A program made the translations under genes and the position numbers. Below the pieces are notes generated by a model. It worked only from the letters and a program-made list of their open reading frames with translations, was not told the DNA's origin and made no database searches. DNA of 32,061 bases, from positions 10,239-42,299 of the forward strand of contig CAYNDM010000001.1 in NCBI GenBank assembly GCA_964395265.1. Direction: 5' to 3'. Every line of letters starts with the position of its first letter. Position 1 is the stretch's first letter. Positions 1 through 8,361 of this stretch are shown here, in pieces. The DNA comes from an uncultured Bacteriovoracaceae bacterium (lineage in GTDB: Bacteria; Bdellovibrionota; UBA1018).

Positions 1-765
1 CTTGTCGCCAACCCATTCACAGTTTTGATAGATGAATTTCAGCTCACCGTCGTATGGAGAGCGGTCCTGCAGGACCTCTCCTGCCTCCTGATCCTTCCGT
101 GCTGATTCCCGGTGCTTCAGCAGCTCCGAGTTCAAGGCCAAATGGTATTTCTCGCACTTTTTTTGGCGCTTCTTGGCTCGGTCGCCTGCCTCGTCCAGCC
201 AGGCTCGTAGGTCTCGTTGCTTATCTTTCAATGCCTTTTCTGCGTGGTCATAGGCTTCACGAAAACGCTTGTTCTCGGCTTTCGTGGCAAGCTTGTTCGC
301 AGGACTGTCCTTTTCGGCGTTCAGGAGCGTGAACTTCCTCAAAAGGCCGGACACGTAGGTTCCGTCAGAATCGACGTAGCCTTCGAGATCCGTGATGATC
401 TGTTTGCCTTTGCGCAGAAACTCGTCTTCGTTCGGTACGCCTTCCCTGAGGACTCCCGCGGACGCCCACTTCGGAATCAGCTTGTCGCGGAGCTCTAGCG
501 GAGTATTCATGGGATGGGTTTTCATCCGCTTTTCGTAGAATTTGATTTCGGATTGGATATCCGCCAAATTCTTACACTCTGCCGGGCAGACCGAGAACAC
601 CAGCTTGTGAAAAGTCTGATTATCCATCTTCGGGTCGACGGGCGCCTCAATGTCGCAAACCGGATCTGGATTGGCTCCGTCTGCCTGAATCTGGGGTGCT
701 CCCAGCAAGGCGACGATGCCTGTTATTAAAAGCACTGCATTCCACGGTTTTTTCTCGCCCGACAT
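1..765 (-). CDS. Hypothetical secreted protein, C-terminus cut off by the window edge (255 codons visible)
   Basis: Absent from the ORF track because it has no stop inside the window. The complement of cat 763-765 is an ATG, with AAGGAG (complement of 771-776) 5 nt upstream. Reading + strand triplets 1-3, 4-6 ... 763-765, I find no TTA/CTA/TCA, so the antisense frame stays open to nt 1. The N-terminus MSGEKKPWNAVLLITGIVALLGAPQIQA/DG looks like a Sec signal peptide. The rest is K/E/D-rich with several Cys. No family recognised. Confidence 0.6.
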   Translation of the reverse strand, partial: MSGEKKPWNAVLLITGIVALLGAPQIQADGANPDPVCDIEAPVDPKMDNQTFHKLVFSVCPAECKNLADIQSEIKFYEKRMKTHPMNTPLELRDKLIPKWASAGVLREGVPNEDEFLRKGKQIITDLEGYVDSDGTYVSGLLRKFTLLNAEKDSPANKLATKAENKRFREAYDHAEKALKDKQRDLRAWLDEAGDRAKKRQKKCEKYHLALNSELLKHRESARKDQEAGEVLQDRSPYDGELKFIYQNCEWVGDK

Positions 766-804
766 GATTTCTCCTTGGAAGCGCTTTGGGGCACGCTCTC
801 TCTT

Positions 805-848
805 GGTCTTTTCGGCAAGATGTTCTTGGAACTTAAGACGAAAAGACC
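805..848. repeat. Perfect 10-bp inverted repeat (ggtcttttcg / cgaaaagacc) with a 24-nt loop, between two minus-strand genes
   Basis: 805-814 ggtcttttcg pairs perfectly with 839-848 cgaaaagacc. It lies 38 nt downstream (minus sense) of the stop at 886 and upstream of the 765 start. No U-tract follows on the minus strand, so it is not a canonical intrinsic terminator. It may be an RNA hairpin or attenuator. Confidence 0.4.
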
Positions 849-885
849 GGGCGGGAAAATGGCGGATTATCGAAGACTTCGACGT

Positions 886-2109
886 CTATTTCTGGAGCGT
901 CACCTGGTCGAGGATCTCTCCCTGCTGTCCCAGGGCCTTGAATCGGAACGTGGAGCCATCGATCTCGCCCAGCCAGACATGGCGGATTCCTTCGGCCTTT
1001 TCGAGATACCAGCGATCAGGATGAGCCGTGCGGGTTTTCATTCCCCAGCACCCATCTCCCAAATAGAGGGTTCCGTCCGCTGCCACCTGATTGTTCTTGA
1101 GGAGCTTGCTTCGCTTCAGAGCGTGATCATGGTTTTCGAAGCTGACATCCAGCCCGAACTCGTCAAAGATGGGCAGCCAGTGCTTGCGGGCCTCGATCAT
1201 CTCGTTCTGTTGCGAGAACTCGCGGGCGCTGGGATACATGGGAACATGGTAGAAGGCGATCTGGTTGGGGACCTCGGCGTGGCGCTGCATCTCGCTTCTT
1301 AGCCACTCCGTCTGTTCGCCTGGAATGGAGCTGATGTGACCTGTGTCGAGCGAGTAGACGACGGTGTTGGCGCCAACCTTGCGCGAGAAGTAGCTTTGGC
1401 CCGGCTCCTGATTGAAGTAGTAGCGGTAGAAAGTGGCTCGTTCGAACCCGCCTTTGTATCCACCGATGACCTCGTGGTTGCCTGGCGCGGCGATGATGGG
1501 GACCGACTCGCCCGAAGGAGTGACCATGTAGGTGGTCCAGCTGGTCAGCCACTGATCCCATTTTTGCCATTCCAGAGGGTTTCCGTTGTCGTAGGCGATA
1601 TCGCCGCCGACCAGCGCGAACATCGGACCCTGCTCTCCGGCGACCTTGTTCAGCGCATCGACTACCGTCGAAGGATTCATGTCCCCACCTGACACGAAAC
1701 GGATCGGAGACCCGTCGTCGGGGAGCGTCCGAAACTTGCGTTCACCGATCAAGGCCTTATCGCCGTCGCTGACCGTGAAATAATAGACAGTGGCAGGCGA
1801 AAGTCCGGTGAGATCGATTTTATGGATCCTGCGCTTGATCGCTTCCGCGTAAACGCTGGTGCTGTTGGCTGTGAATGCGTACTCGCTGATCTCCCCATTC
1901 CTCGAAACCGTGTCGTAGTGAACGAGCACCTGTTTGAGATCGTCATGGGAATGAAAGTTCACTGTCATGGTGCGAGCAGTGTCCTCTAATGCCCAAGTCA
2001 AATAGGCGTGTGGAGGAATCTTGGAGCTGTCCGGCAATTTGCAGGACCCAATGAGCGAGACTGAAAGAATGACAGCGGAGAATAGGAAAAGCGACCTGAT
2101 CGATTTCAC
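886..2109 (-). CDS. Purple-acid-phosphatase-like metallophosphoesterase, probable lipoprotein
   Basis: Same frame as track ORF 886..2163. The five calcineurin/PAP-type motifs can be read in order (SGGDMN, GGDIAYDNG, PGNHE, AFYHVP, ENHDHA) after a beta-rich N-terminal region of about 110 aa. I prefer the in-frame GTG at 2109 (codon 19 of the track ORF, AAGGAAGG 4 nt upstream). It gives VKSIRSLFLFSAVILSVSLIGS/C, a lipoprotein-type signal. Confidence 0.8.
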   Translation of the reverse strand: MKSIRSLFLFSAVILSVSLIGSCKLPDSSKIPPHAYLTWALEDTARTMTVNFHSHDDLKQVLVHYDTVSRNGEISEYAFTANSTSVYAEAIKRRIHKIDLTGLSPATVYYFTVSDGDKALIGERKFRTLPDDGSPIRFVSGGDMNPSTVVDALNKVAGEQGPMFALVGGDIAYDNGNPLEWQKWDQWLTSWTTYMVTPSGESVPIIAAPGNHEVIGGYKGGFERATFYRYYFNQEPGQSYFSRKVGANTVVYSLDTGHISSIPGEQTEWLRSEMQRHAEVPNQIAFYHVPMYPSAREFSQQNEMIEARKHWLPIFDEFGLDVSFENHDHALKRSKLLKNNQVAADGTLYLGDGCWGMKTRTAHPDRWYLEKAEGIRHVWLGEIDGSTFRFKALGQQGEILDQVTLQK

Positions 2110-2314
2110 GTGACCTTCCTTGCCTTGGTATAACGCACAAAGACGTGCTGGGGATATGATCACGCGAGCGAGCCGCTTGTCAAAGCGGCGTGCGTCGTAG
2201 CGTCCTGGTCACGTTATCGTGGTCGATGAAGTTCTGAACGAAACTCAAAGGGAATTGGAAGGGTCTTGAGATCTTTCAAGAGGTCGCGGCGGCGTGTCGA
2301 TCCCGCGAAGGTAT

Positions 2315-3004
2315 TCAGGCAGCCTGTCGGCGCTTTCGAGCCGATTCGGCCAAGTGCCTGGAGAACCAAAGAGAGGAAAGCTTAGATATCTTTTCGACGA
2401 CAGGAGCCATCTCGAAAACGTGAGTGTCTCCAGAAAGTATTTCCAGGCGCGAGTTGGGCAACACGCGTTGGGTCGCGCGATTCAGTCTGAGCAGCTCGCG
2501 GTTTCGAGAGTTCACCAAGAGCATCACGGGCACGCGAACCTTGTAGAGCCGCGGGGCGGCCAGATCGGGTCTGCCATTGCAGCTGACGACCGAATCGGCC
2601 CATGAGGCCTGTCTGGAGAGTTTTAGCGCCGCGGCTGCCGCGGTTCCCGTGGCGAATACGCCGAGGGGAAGGTTCGTCGTGCGAAGCTCGCCTTCGATCC
2701 ATTGGTGCGCAAGAGAGAGTCTTCGCTTGAGGAAGGCGAGATTCTCCACCAGCTCCGGACTACTCTCGCGGTCGCCCAGGAGATCGACGATGAAGCACGC
2801 GAATCCATTGCTGGCCAAGTGCTCGCTGAGGCGAGTGAAGAGCGAGGAGTATTTTTGAGCCTCGCCGGCGCTGGCGATCAGGATCGACGCAGTCGGGGAC
2901 TCTGGCAGGAGGATCGTGCCGTTGAGCTCTGATTCAGCATCCCTTAGGACGATTGAATCAACACGATCAAGCCTGCGGCTATTGAGAGCAATATCGGAAT
3001 CCAT
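2315..3004 (-). CDS. Alpha/beta-fold hydrolase of the dienelactone-hydrolase-like family with a degenerate nucleophile elbow
   Basis: Track ORF, 229 aa. From memory, the family consensus reads FGASTGAAAAL ... VVSRGGRPDLA ... G.THLFEEPG ... WF..HL. Here I read GVFATGTAAAAAL, VVSCNGRPDLA, GDTHVFEMAP and WFSRHL. Confidence 0.7.
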   Translation of the reverse strand: MDSDIALNSRRLDRVDSIVLRDAESELNGTILLPESPTASILIASAGEAQKYSSLFTRLSEHLASNGFACFIVDLLGDRESSPELVENLAFLKRRLSLAHQWIEGELRTTNLPLGVFATGTAAAAALKLSRQASWADSVVSCNGRPDLAAPRLYKVRVPVMLLVNSRNRELLRLNRATQRVLPNSRLEILSGDTHVFEMAPVVEKISKLSSLWFSRHLAESARKRRQAA

Positions 3005-3082
3005 GCAGCCTTCTCGCCGTTTTCCATCGCAGGACTACGAGGATGCAAGATCAGAGCCCATAGCCGGCTGTAGGGATTCGAA

Positions 3083-3316
3083 TCAGGCCGAACGCTTCTT
3101 CGGATCTTGGTCCGGGCGCTCCGTTTCCATATGCTTCTCTCCTTCGGATAAGACCGCGCCAAGTTCGATGAGATGATCCTGCCCTTGGGCCGCGTGTTCT
3201 TCTTCGGCGGTGTTGGCGCGCTGACTGAGTGGGCGTCCTTGGCTGTCTATGTCTTCATCCTTTTTGTCCTTGTCGTCCTTGCGGTACTTGGGTCTGATTT
3301 CGTCGTGATCGGCCAT
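3083..3316 (-). CDS. Small highly charged hypothetical protein (77 aa)
   Basis: Track ORF 3083..3496 is 137 aa, but only the internal ATG at 3316 (codon 61) has a strong SD (GGAGG, complement of 3322-3326, 5 nt upstream). The product is MADHDEIRPKYRKDDKDKKDEDID...DQDPKKRSA, with 35 of 77 residues charged. No family recognised, and coding status is uncertain. Confidence 0.45.
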   Translation of the reverse strand: MADHDEIRPKYRKDDKDKKDEDIDSQGRPLSQRANTAEEEHAAQGQDHLIELGAVLSEGEKHMETERPDQDPKKRSA

Positions 3317-3478
3317 GGCTACCTCCATTACGAGATGCAGCAATCGCCGTACCATGGGAGGTTTTGACGCGAGGGAGGGAGCGACCTGATCCCCACGCAA
3401 GAACTGCCTGCTTATCGACTCCGTGGTTCCAGTTCTCCTTCGATTCTCAAATGAAGCGCACCGGGGTATCGTGCGCGG

Positions 3479-4678
3479 ATGGACAACGTCACGCACGGAT
3501 TGATCGGTGCCGCGTTAGGTTACGCCGCCTCCGAAATTCGAAGGAAGCCGATCGCACAGCAGGTCGCGAGAGCGGCGATCTGGACCGCGGTGATCGCGAG
3601 CAATGTGCCGGATCTCGATTTTCTGGTGACACCGTTTCTCGATGATCGCAAGCTCGGTTACCTTCTTCATCATCGAGGGCACACGCATACGCTGCTTCTG
3701 GCGGCGCCGCTGGGCGCGCTGAGCGCGTGGGCGGGAGCCAGGATATCGGGAATCAAGCTCAGGGAGAGTCCATGGATCCTGGCGCTCGGCGTGTTCGCCG
3801 GGCTTCTTCATGTGGGGACCGATATCTGGAACGATTATGGCGTACACCCGTTCTGGCCGTTCGATAATCGTTGGTTCTATGGGGATTTCGTTTTCATCAT
3901 CGAGCCATTGATCTGGATGGCGCTGCTTCCGTTTGGCTATTTCAGGGTAAAGCGGCGCTGGCCAAAAGCGATCTTCGCGTTTCTCGGGTTGGGCATGCTG
4001 GGCATGACCTGGTTCGGGCCTTTCACTTCCTGGCAGACAGCGGCTGCTGTCACGTTTTCCGGGATCGCGATGGCGATGATTCAGAAGCATAGGACCAGCG
4101 CGCGTTCCGCATTGGTCGCGCTCGCGGCAGTGCTGGCCATGATGGGCGCCAGCGCTCTGGCTGTTCGCGAAGAGATGAAAGCCCATTTCGGACAAGCCCA
4201 TCCCGATGAGGCGCTCTTGGACCTGGTGACAACTCCCGCTCCGGCCAATCCTTCCTGTTGGCGGGTGATTCAGATCAGCGAGGCATCTGGAGAGTATCGT
4301 GCGCGCGTGGGAGCCTATAGCTTTTGGCCCGAAGTCTTCGATCCGGCTCGATGCTTTGTCCGGATGCAGGGCGCGGGAGGGTCAGGCCCGCTCACCAGGA
4401 TCGGCGAGAGGGTTCAGTCGGGTCTCTATTGGGAAGGAGAGTTTCGCGCCTCGATCCAGGAGTTCCGGGCTCTCGCATCGGAGCGCTGTAGGTTTTCGGC
4501 GCTCCTCCGGTTCGCTCGCGTCCCTTATTTCATGAAACAGGATGGAGAATGGATCGCGGGAGACCTTCGCTATCACAGCCCTGGTGAATACGGCTTCACG
4601 GATCTGAAGATCGATGAGTCCGATTGCAAGGTCCGCGTCCCGCCTTGGACTCCGCCGCGCGCGGATCTGCTCGAATAG
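3479..4678 (+). CDS. YdjM/DUF457-type membrane-bound metal-dependent hydrolase (long form with a C-terminal soluble domain)
   Basis: The N-terminus MDNVTHGLIGAALGY, the HHRGHTH motif and several hydrophobic helices are typical of COG1988/YdjM proteins. About 170 further residues end in ...AGDLRYHSPGEYGF, as I recall for long family members. Confidence 0.7.
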   Translation: MDNVTHGLIGAALGYAASEIRRKPIAQQVARAAIWTAVIASNVPDLDFLVTPFLDDRKLGYLLHHRGHTHTLLLAAPLGALSAWAGARISGIKLRESPWILALGVFAGLLHVGTDIWNDYGVHPFWPFDNRWFYGDFVFIIEPLIWMALLPFGYFRVKRRWPKAIFAFLGLGMLGMTWFGPFTSWQTAAAVTFSGIAMAMIQKHRTSARSALVALAAVLAMMGASALAVREEMKAHFGQAHPDEALLDLVTTPAPANPSCWRVIQISEASGEYRARVGAYSFWPEVFDPARCFVRMQGAGGSGPLTRIGERVQSGLYWEGEFRASIQEFRALASERCRFSALLRFARVPYFMKQDGEWIAGDLRYHSPGEYGFTDLKIDESDCKVRVPPWTPPRADLLE

Positions 4679-4690
4679 CGTGGCAAAATA

Positions 4691-4727
4691 AAAGAGGCCC
4701 GCTTCCAATTCGGAAAGGGCCTCTTTT
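4691..4727. terminator. Bidirectional intrinsic terminator between convergent genes
   Basis: aaagaggccc (4691-4700) pairs perfectly with gggcctcttt (4717-4726), and the loop contains an inner ttcc/ggaa stem. An A-run lies upstream (caaaataaaag, giving a U-tail for the minus-strand fbaB transcript). A T-run sits on the 3' side for the plus-strand transcript. Confidence 0.75.
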
Positions 4728-4751
4728 GAGATCGGGCAGGATTCTAGGTAT

Positions 4752-5807
4752 TCAGGCGATCGTGATTTTCGAGTCCAAATAGACGTCCTGGATGGCGTGC
4801 AGCAGAGCGATGCCTTCTTTCCAGGGCTTTTGGAACGCCTTGCGACCCGCGATCAACCCGGCGCCACCAGCGCGCTTGTTAATGATCGCGGTTTTGACTG
4901 CTTCGGCCAAATCGGAGGCGCCTTTGCTCTCTCCTCCCGAGTTGATGAGCGGGATCTTGCCCATATAGCAATTCACCACCTGGTAGCGGCAAAGATCGAT
5001 CGGGTGATCGGTGGTCAGCTCGGTGTAGACCTTCTCATGGGTCTTGCCGTGCTTCGTGGCTTTGTATCCGCCGTTATTGGTGGGGAGCTTCTGCTTGATG
5101 ATATCGGCCTGGATAGTGACGCCCAGGTGATTGGCCTGTCCCGTGAGATCGTCTGTAGTGTGATAGTCGACGCCGTCCACCTTGAAGCCGTTGTTGCGGG
5201 TATAGCACCAGAGGATGGTGGCCAGACCCGCCTCGTGGGCCATGGCGAATGCCTCGCTGACCTCCCGGATCTGGCGGGGGCTTTCAGGTGAACCGAAATA
5301 CACCGTCGCTCCGACCGCTACGCAACCCATATCGACAGCTTGTTTCACGGTCGCGAACATCTGCTGGTCGTACCTGTTCGGCAGGCTAAGGAATTCGTTG
5401 TGATTGATCTTGAGAACGAACGGGATCTTGTGAGCGTATTTGCGCGCGTTCAGTCCCAATACTCCCAAGGTCGAAGCGACGCCGTTGCAGCCGCCCTCGA
5501 TGGCGAAACGAATGATCGCCTCGGGATCGAAAAATTCAGGATTTGGGGCGAAAGAGGCGCCGGCCGAATGCTCAACGCCTTGGTCGACCGGGAAAATAGA
5601 AGTGTATCCGGTGCCTGCCAGGCGGCCATGGTCCAGCAAGCGAGTGAGGTTCCCGAGCACGCGATTGTTGCGATCGGATTGACCGATGATCTCGTCGATC
5701 CACTTCGTGCCTACCGGGTATAGGCGATCTTTCGAAATGGTCTTACATTGATGTTCGAGGAGCGACTGCGCTTCAGAACCCAGGATTTCTTCGTAGTTCA
5801 GTGTCAT
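4752..5807 (-). CDS. fbaB: Class I fructose-bisphosphate aldolase (FbaB/DhnA type)
   Basis: Near-collinear with E. coli FbaB as I remember it: [79 protein letters not shown] at the C-terminus. The start is moved to ATG 5807 (codon 27 of track ORF 4752..5885) to give [10 protein letters not shown], matching the homologue's N-terminus. Confidence 0.92.
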   Translation of the reverse strand: MTLNYEEILGSEAQSLLEHQCKTISKDRLYPVGTKWIDEIIGQSDRNNRVLGNLTRLLDHGRLAGTGYTSIFPVDQGVEHSAGASFAPNPEFFDPEAIIRFAIEGGCNGVASTLGVLGLNARKYAHKIPFVLKINHNEFLSLPNRYDQQMFATVKQAVDMGCVAVGATVYFGSPESPRQIREVSEAFAMAHEAGLATILWCYTRNNGFKVDGVDYHTTDDLTGQANHLGVTIQADIIKQKLPTNNGGYKATKHGKTHEKVYTELTTDHPIDLCRYQVVNCYMGKIPLINSGGESKGASDLAEAVKTAIINKRAGGAGLIAGRKAFQKPWKEGIALLHAIQDVYLDSKITIA

Positions 5808-5888
5808 GCCCTTGAAATAGGCGAGATCTGGGATCTTGGCAATGACCAAAGCTGACGCGCCGAATGACGAGCAGCATTGACGCACTAA

Positions 5889-5918
5889 TTCACGGAAATC
5901 CGGGTTTTATGTTATAAA
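5889..5918 (+). promoter_or_regulatory. Candidate sigma70-type promoter for recO (TTCACG - 18 nt - TATAAA)
   Basis: -35 is ttcacg at 5889-5894 and -10 is tataaa at 5913-5918. The recO ATG lies only 12 nt after the -10, implying a very short or absent leader. Pattern match only. Confidence 0.3.
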
Positions 5919-5929
5919 GGCCCAGCCGC

Positions 5930-6766
5930 ATGGAAAAGAAAAGCGACGTTGCCATCGTTCTCAAAGTGGTTCCTTACGAAGAGCGGCATCGAATCGTAAC
6001 GGCTCTGACCGAGCAGCACGGTCGCATTTCGGCGCTGGCGCGGAACTCCATTCAATCGCGTCGATTCGGTGGGGCGCTCGAGCCTTTCACGGCGGCCGAT
6101 TGGCATTTCGTCGAACGCGTCGGCGCGAACTTGTATCGGGTCGAAGAAGCCAATGTCAGGCGCGGCTTCGAGGGACTGCGTGGAAATTTCCAGAAACTCT
6201 CGTTGGCCAGCGTCTTCAGCGAGCTGATGTTGAAGCTTGCGCCCGAGCGGGAGCCTTGTCCCGAGCTCTTCCGCTTGCATGCCAACGCCCTGGCCTTTTT
6301 GGAAGATGCCGAGCTTGATGGCAACGAGCTGATCCTGCTGAACGCGTTCCTGGTGAAACTCCTGCAGTGGAGTGGAAACCAGCCGCAATTCGTTCATTGC
6401 CTGGTTTGCCAGAGCTCGATCGAATTCATCGAGCCCCATCACTCCATCAGCTGCATCGTCTCGGATGCGGGTTGGGTCTGCGAGGGTTGCAGGGTTCAGG
6501 AAACCCGCCATATCACCGCGCGTGAAGGACATAGCCTTCGAAAGTCCATGATCCGGGTGACTCCCGCCGCCCTCAAGGACGCGCTGGCGGCATTGGGCGC
6601 GCCGTTTCGCAAGGTGCCCAGCCTGATGAGCGCTTCCCGTCGCGAGCATGAAGCGCTATTGGGCTTCTTGGAAGCGCTGATGGAGTATCATATTCCGGGG
6701 TTTGACCGGGCTTCTCTCAAGAGCTTGCGCTTTCTTGAGCTAGGATCCACGCTACGACCTCAGTGA
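5930..6766 (+). CDS. recO: DNA repair protein RecO
   Basis: N-terminal OB-fold pattern (AIVLKVVPYEERHRIVTALTEQHGRISALARN...RRFGGALEPF), helical middle, and Cys pairs (HCLVCQ ... CEGC) typical of the RecO zinc-binding region. The antisense ORF 5912..6649 is a shadow. Confidence 0.85.
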   Translation: MEKKSDVAIVLKVVPYEERHRIVTALTEQHGRISALARNSIQSRRFGGALEPFTAADWHFVERVGANLYRVEEANVRRGFEGLRGNFQKLSLASVFSELMLKLAPEREPCPELFRLHANALAFLEDAELDGNELILLNAFLVKLLQWSGNQPQFVHCLVCQSSIEFIEPHHSISCIVSDAGWVCEGCRVQETRHITAREGHSLRKSMIRVTPAALKDALAALGAPFRKVPSLMSASRREHEALLGFLEALMEYHIPGFDRASLKSLRFLELGSTLRPQ

Positions 6767-8264
6767 TCGAGTCGCCGACGAAATTCGCCTCGTGACCCGA
6801 AAGCCCTGCCTCGGTCGTCGATCCGTAGCCCGTGCGAACCAGTGCGACGCCCTTGCATCCGGCGTTTCTCCCGGCATCGAGATCGAGGATCTTGTCTCCC
6901 ACCATATAGGATCGGGACACGTCGATCCCGAGCTTCTGAGCGGCGCCGGCGAGAAGCCCGGTGCGAGGCTTGCGGCACTCGCATCCTTCATCCGGCTTGT
7001 GGAAGCAAAGTTCGTAATGGTCGATACGCGCTCCAGCAGTGGCGAGAAGCGCTTCCATTCGACCATGAATCAGCGGGATGGAGTCCCGTTGGATGATGCC
7101 CCTCCCAACGCCTGATTGGTTGGAGACGACGACGAGGACGAATCCGGCCTGATTCAGCTTGGCGAGCGCTTCGCCCGCTCCAGGCAGAAGCTGCATCTGC
7201 TCGGGCTGGCTGATGTAGCCTGGGTCGTGGTTGATCGTTCCGTCCCGATCCAGGAAGACGGCACGTCTTTGCTTCCGCTTTTTCGTCTCCCATTGCCAGG
7301 CCGACGCGATGATTCGATCCAACGCGGTCTCGGGATCGCGGATGGCGAAGCCCAACTCCTTCTTCGCCCGCGTGGAATCCGCAACCAGCCGGGGAGGATC
7401 GCCTGGACGGCGTTCCTTGACGACGGTCCTGATCGGCTTTCCAGTCATGCGCCGGCAGGCATCGATCACTTCCTTGACCGAGTAACCCTGCTCGCTGCCC
7501 AGATTGAAGGCTTCGAAGCTCCCTGGCCCATTGGGATCGAGCGCGAGCAGCCGCTTCATCGCGGCCTCGTGTCCCGCCGCTAGGTCAGAGACATGGATAT
7601 AGTCGCGAACGCAGGTTCCGTCAGGCGTAGGATAGTCATCGCCGAAAATCGATACTTCGCGGTCCTCTATCGCAGCCGCGAGGATATTGGGGATCAGATG
7701 GGACTCGGGCCGATGCTTCTCACCCACGCGATTCATCGGCTCCGCGCCCGCGGCGTTGAAGTATCTCAGCGCGATGGCCTGGAGACCACGGCTGGCCGCC
7801 AGCTCCTGCATGATCTTCTCGGCCTCGAGCTTGGTTTGGCCGTAAGGATTGATGGGGTTCTTCGGAAGATCCTCATGGATATCGCGATTGCCAGGTTCGC
7901 CAAAGATCGCGCAGGTCGAGGAGAAGATGAAGCGCTTGACTCTGTGCTCAAGGAGGGTTTCCAGGAGAATGCGGGTCTGGACCACGTTGTTCTGGTGGTA
8001 GAGCTCGGGCTTCTGCACGCTCTCTGAGACCAGGCTCTTGGCGGCGAAATGCATCGCGCAATCGAACGACTCCCGGGTCAGGAGCTCTTTCACCGCCTCG
8101 CGGTTCCCGGCCTGGGCACGGGTGAACCCACGCCCCAGCGCCAGCTCCAGGTGCCCGGTCGAAAGATCGTCCAGGACCCAGACGTCGTGGCCTTGATCGA
8201 TCAGCCACGCGCTCGCCGCGCTCCCCACATATCCTGCCCCGCCGACTACCAGGATTTTCGCCAT
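6717..8264 (-). CDS. galE/gmhB: Fusion protein: UDP-glucose 4-epimerase (GalE, about residues 1-325) plus D,D-heptose 1,7-bisphosphate phosphatase (GmhB, about residues 335-515)
   Basis: The N-terminal part has GGAGYVGS (Rossmann), SSTCAIFG and YGQTK (YxxxK), plus an RPGDPP-type C-terminal GalE motif. A KKRKQRR linker follows. The C-terminal part has FLDRDGT (HAD DxDxT, D339 codon at 7248-7250), SNQSG, CFHKPDEGCECRKP (GmhB Zn site) and GDKILD. It is one uninterrupted frame. Confidence 0.85.
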   Translation of the reverse strand: MAKILVVGGAGYVGSAASAWLIDQGHDVWVLDDLSTGHLELALGRGFTRAQAGNREAVKELLTRESFDCAMHFAAKSLVSESVQKPELYHQNNVVQTRILLETLLEHRVKRFIFSSTCAIFGEPGNRDIHEDLPKNPINPYGQTKLEAEKIMQELAASRGLQAIALRYFNAAGAEPMNRVGEKHRPESHLIPNILAAAIEDREVSIFGDDYPTPDGTCVRDYIHVSDLAAGHEAAMKRLLALDPNGPGSFEAFNLGSEQGYSVKEVIDACRRMTGKPIRTVVKERRPGDPPRLVADSTRAKKELGFAIRDPETALDRIIASAWQWETKKRKQRRAVFLDRDGTINHDPGYISQPEQMQLLPGAGEALAKLNQAGFVLVVVSNQSGVGRGIIQRDSIPLIHGRMEALLATAGARIDHYELCFHKPDEGCECRKPRTGLLAGAAQKLGIDVSRSYMVGDKILDLDAGRNAGCKGVALVRTGYGSTTEAGLSGHEANFVGDSITEVVAWILAQESASS

Positions 8265-8320
8265 GCCCGGAGGATAGCATATCCTGGATCGAAAACACCG
8301 GCCGGATTGCTCATTTTTCG

Positions 8321-8350
8321 TTGGTCTTGAAACTCGCTGAACACTAGAAT
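8321..8350 (+). promoter_or_regulatory. Candidate promoter for the msbA-like gene (TTGGTC - 18 nt - TAGAAT)
   Basis: -35 is at 8321-8326 and -10 at 8345-8350, in the 97-nt divergent region shared with galE/gmhB. Pattern match only. Confidence 0.25.
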
Positions 8351-8361
8351 GAGGTCCAACC

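Noticed and set aside
3317-3478. LexA/SOS box upstream of the ydjM-like gene (E. coli ydjM is LexA-regulated).
   Set aside because: I found no CTGT-N8-ACAG or TTAC-N3-GTAA type palindrome in the divergent region.
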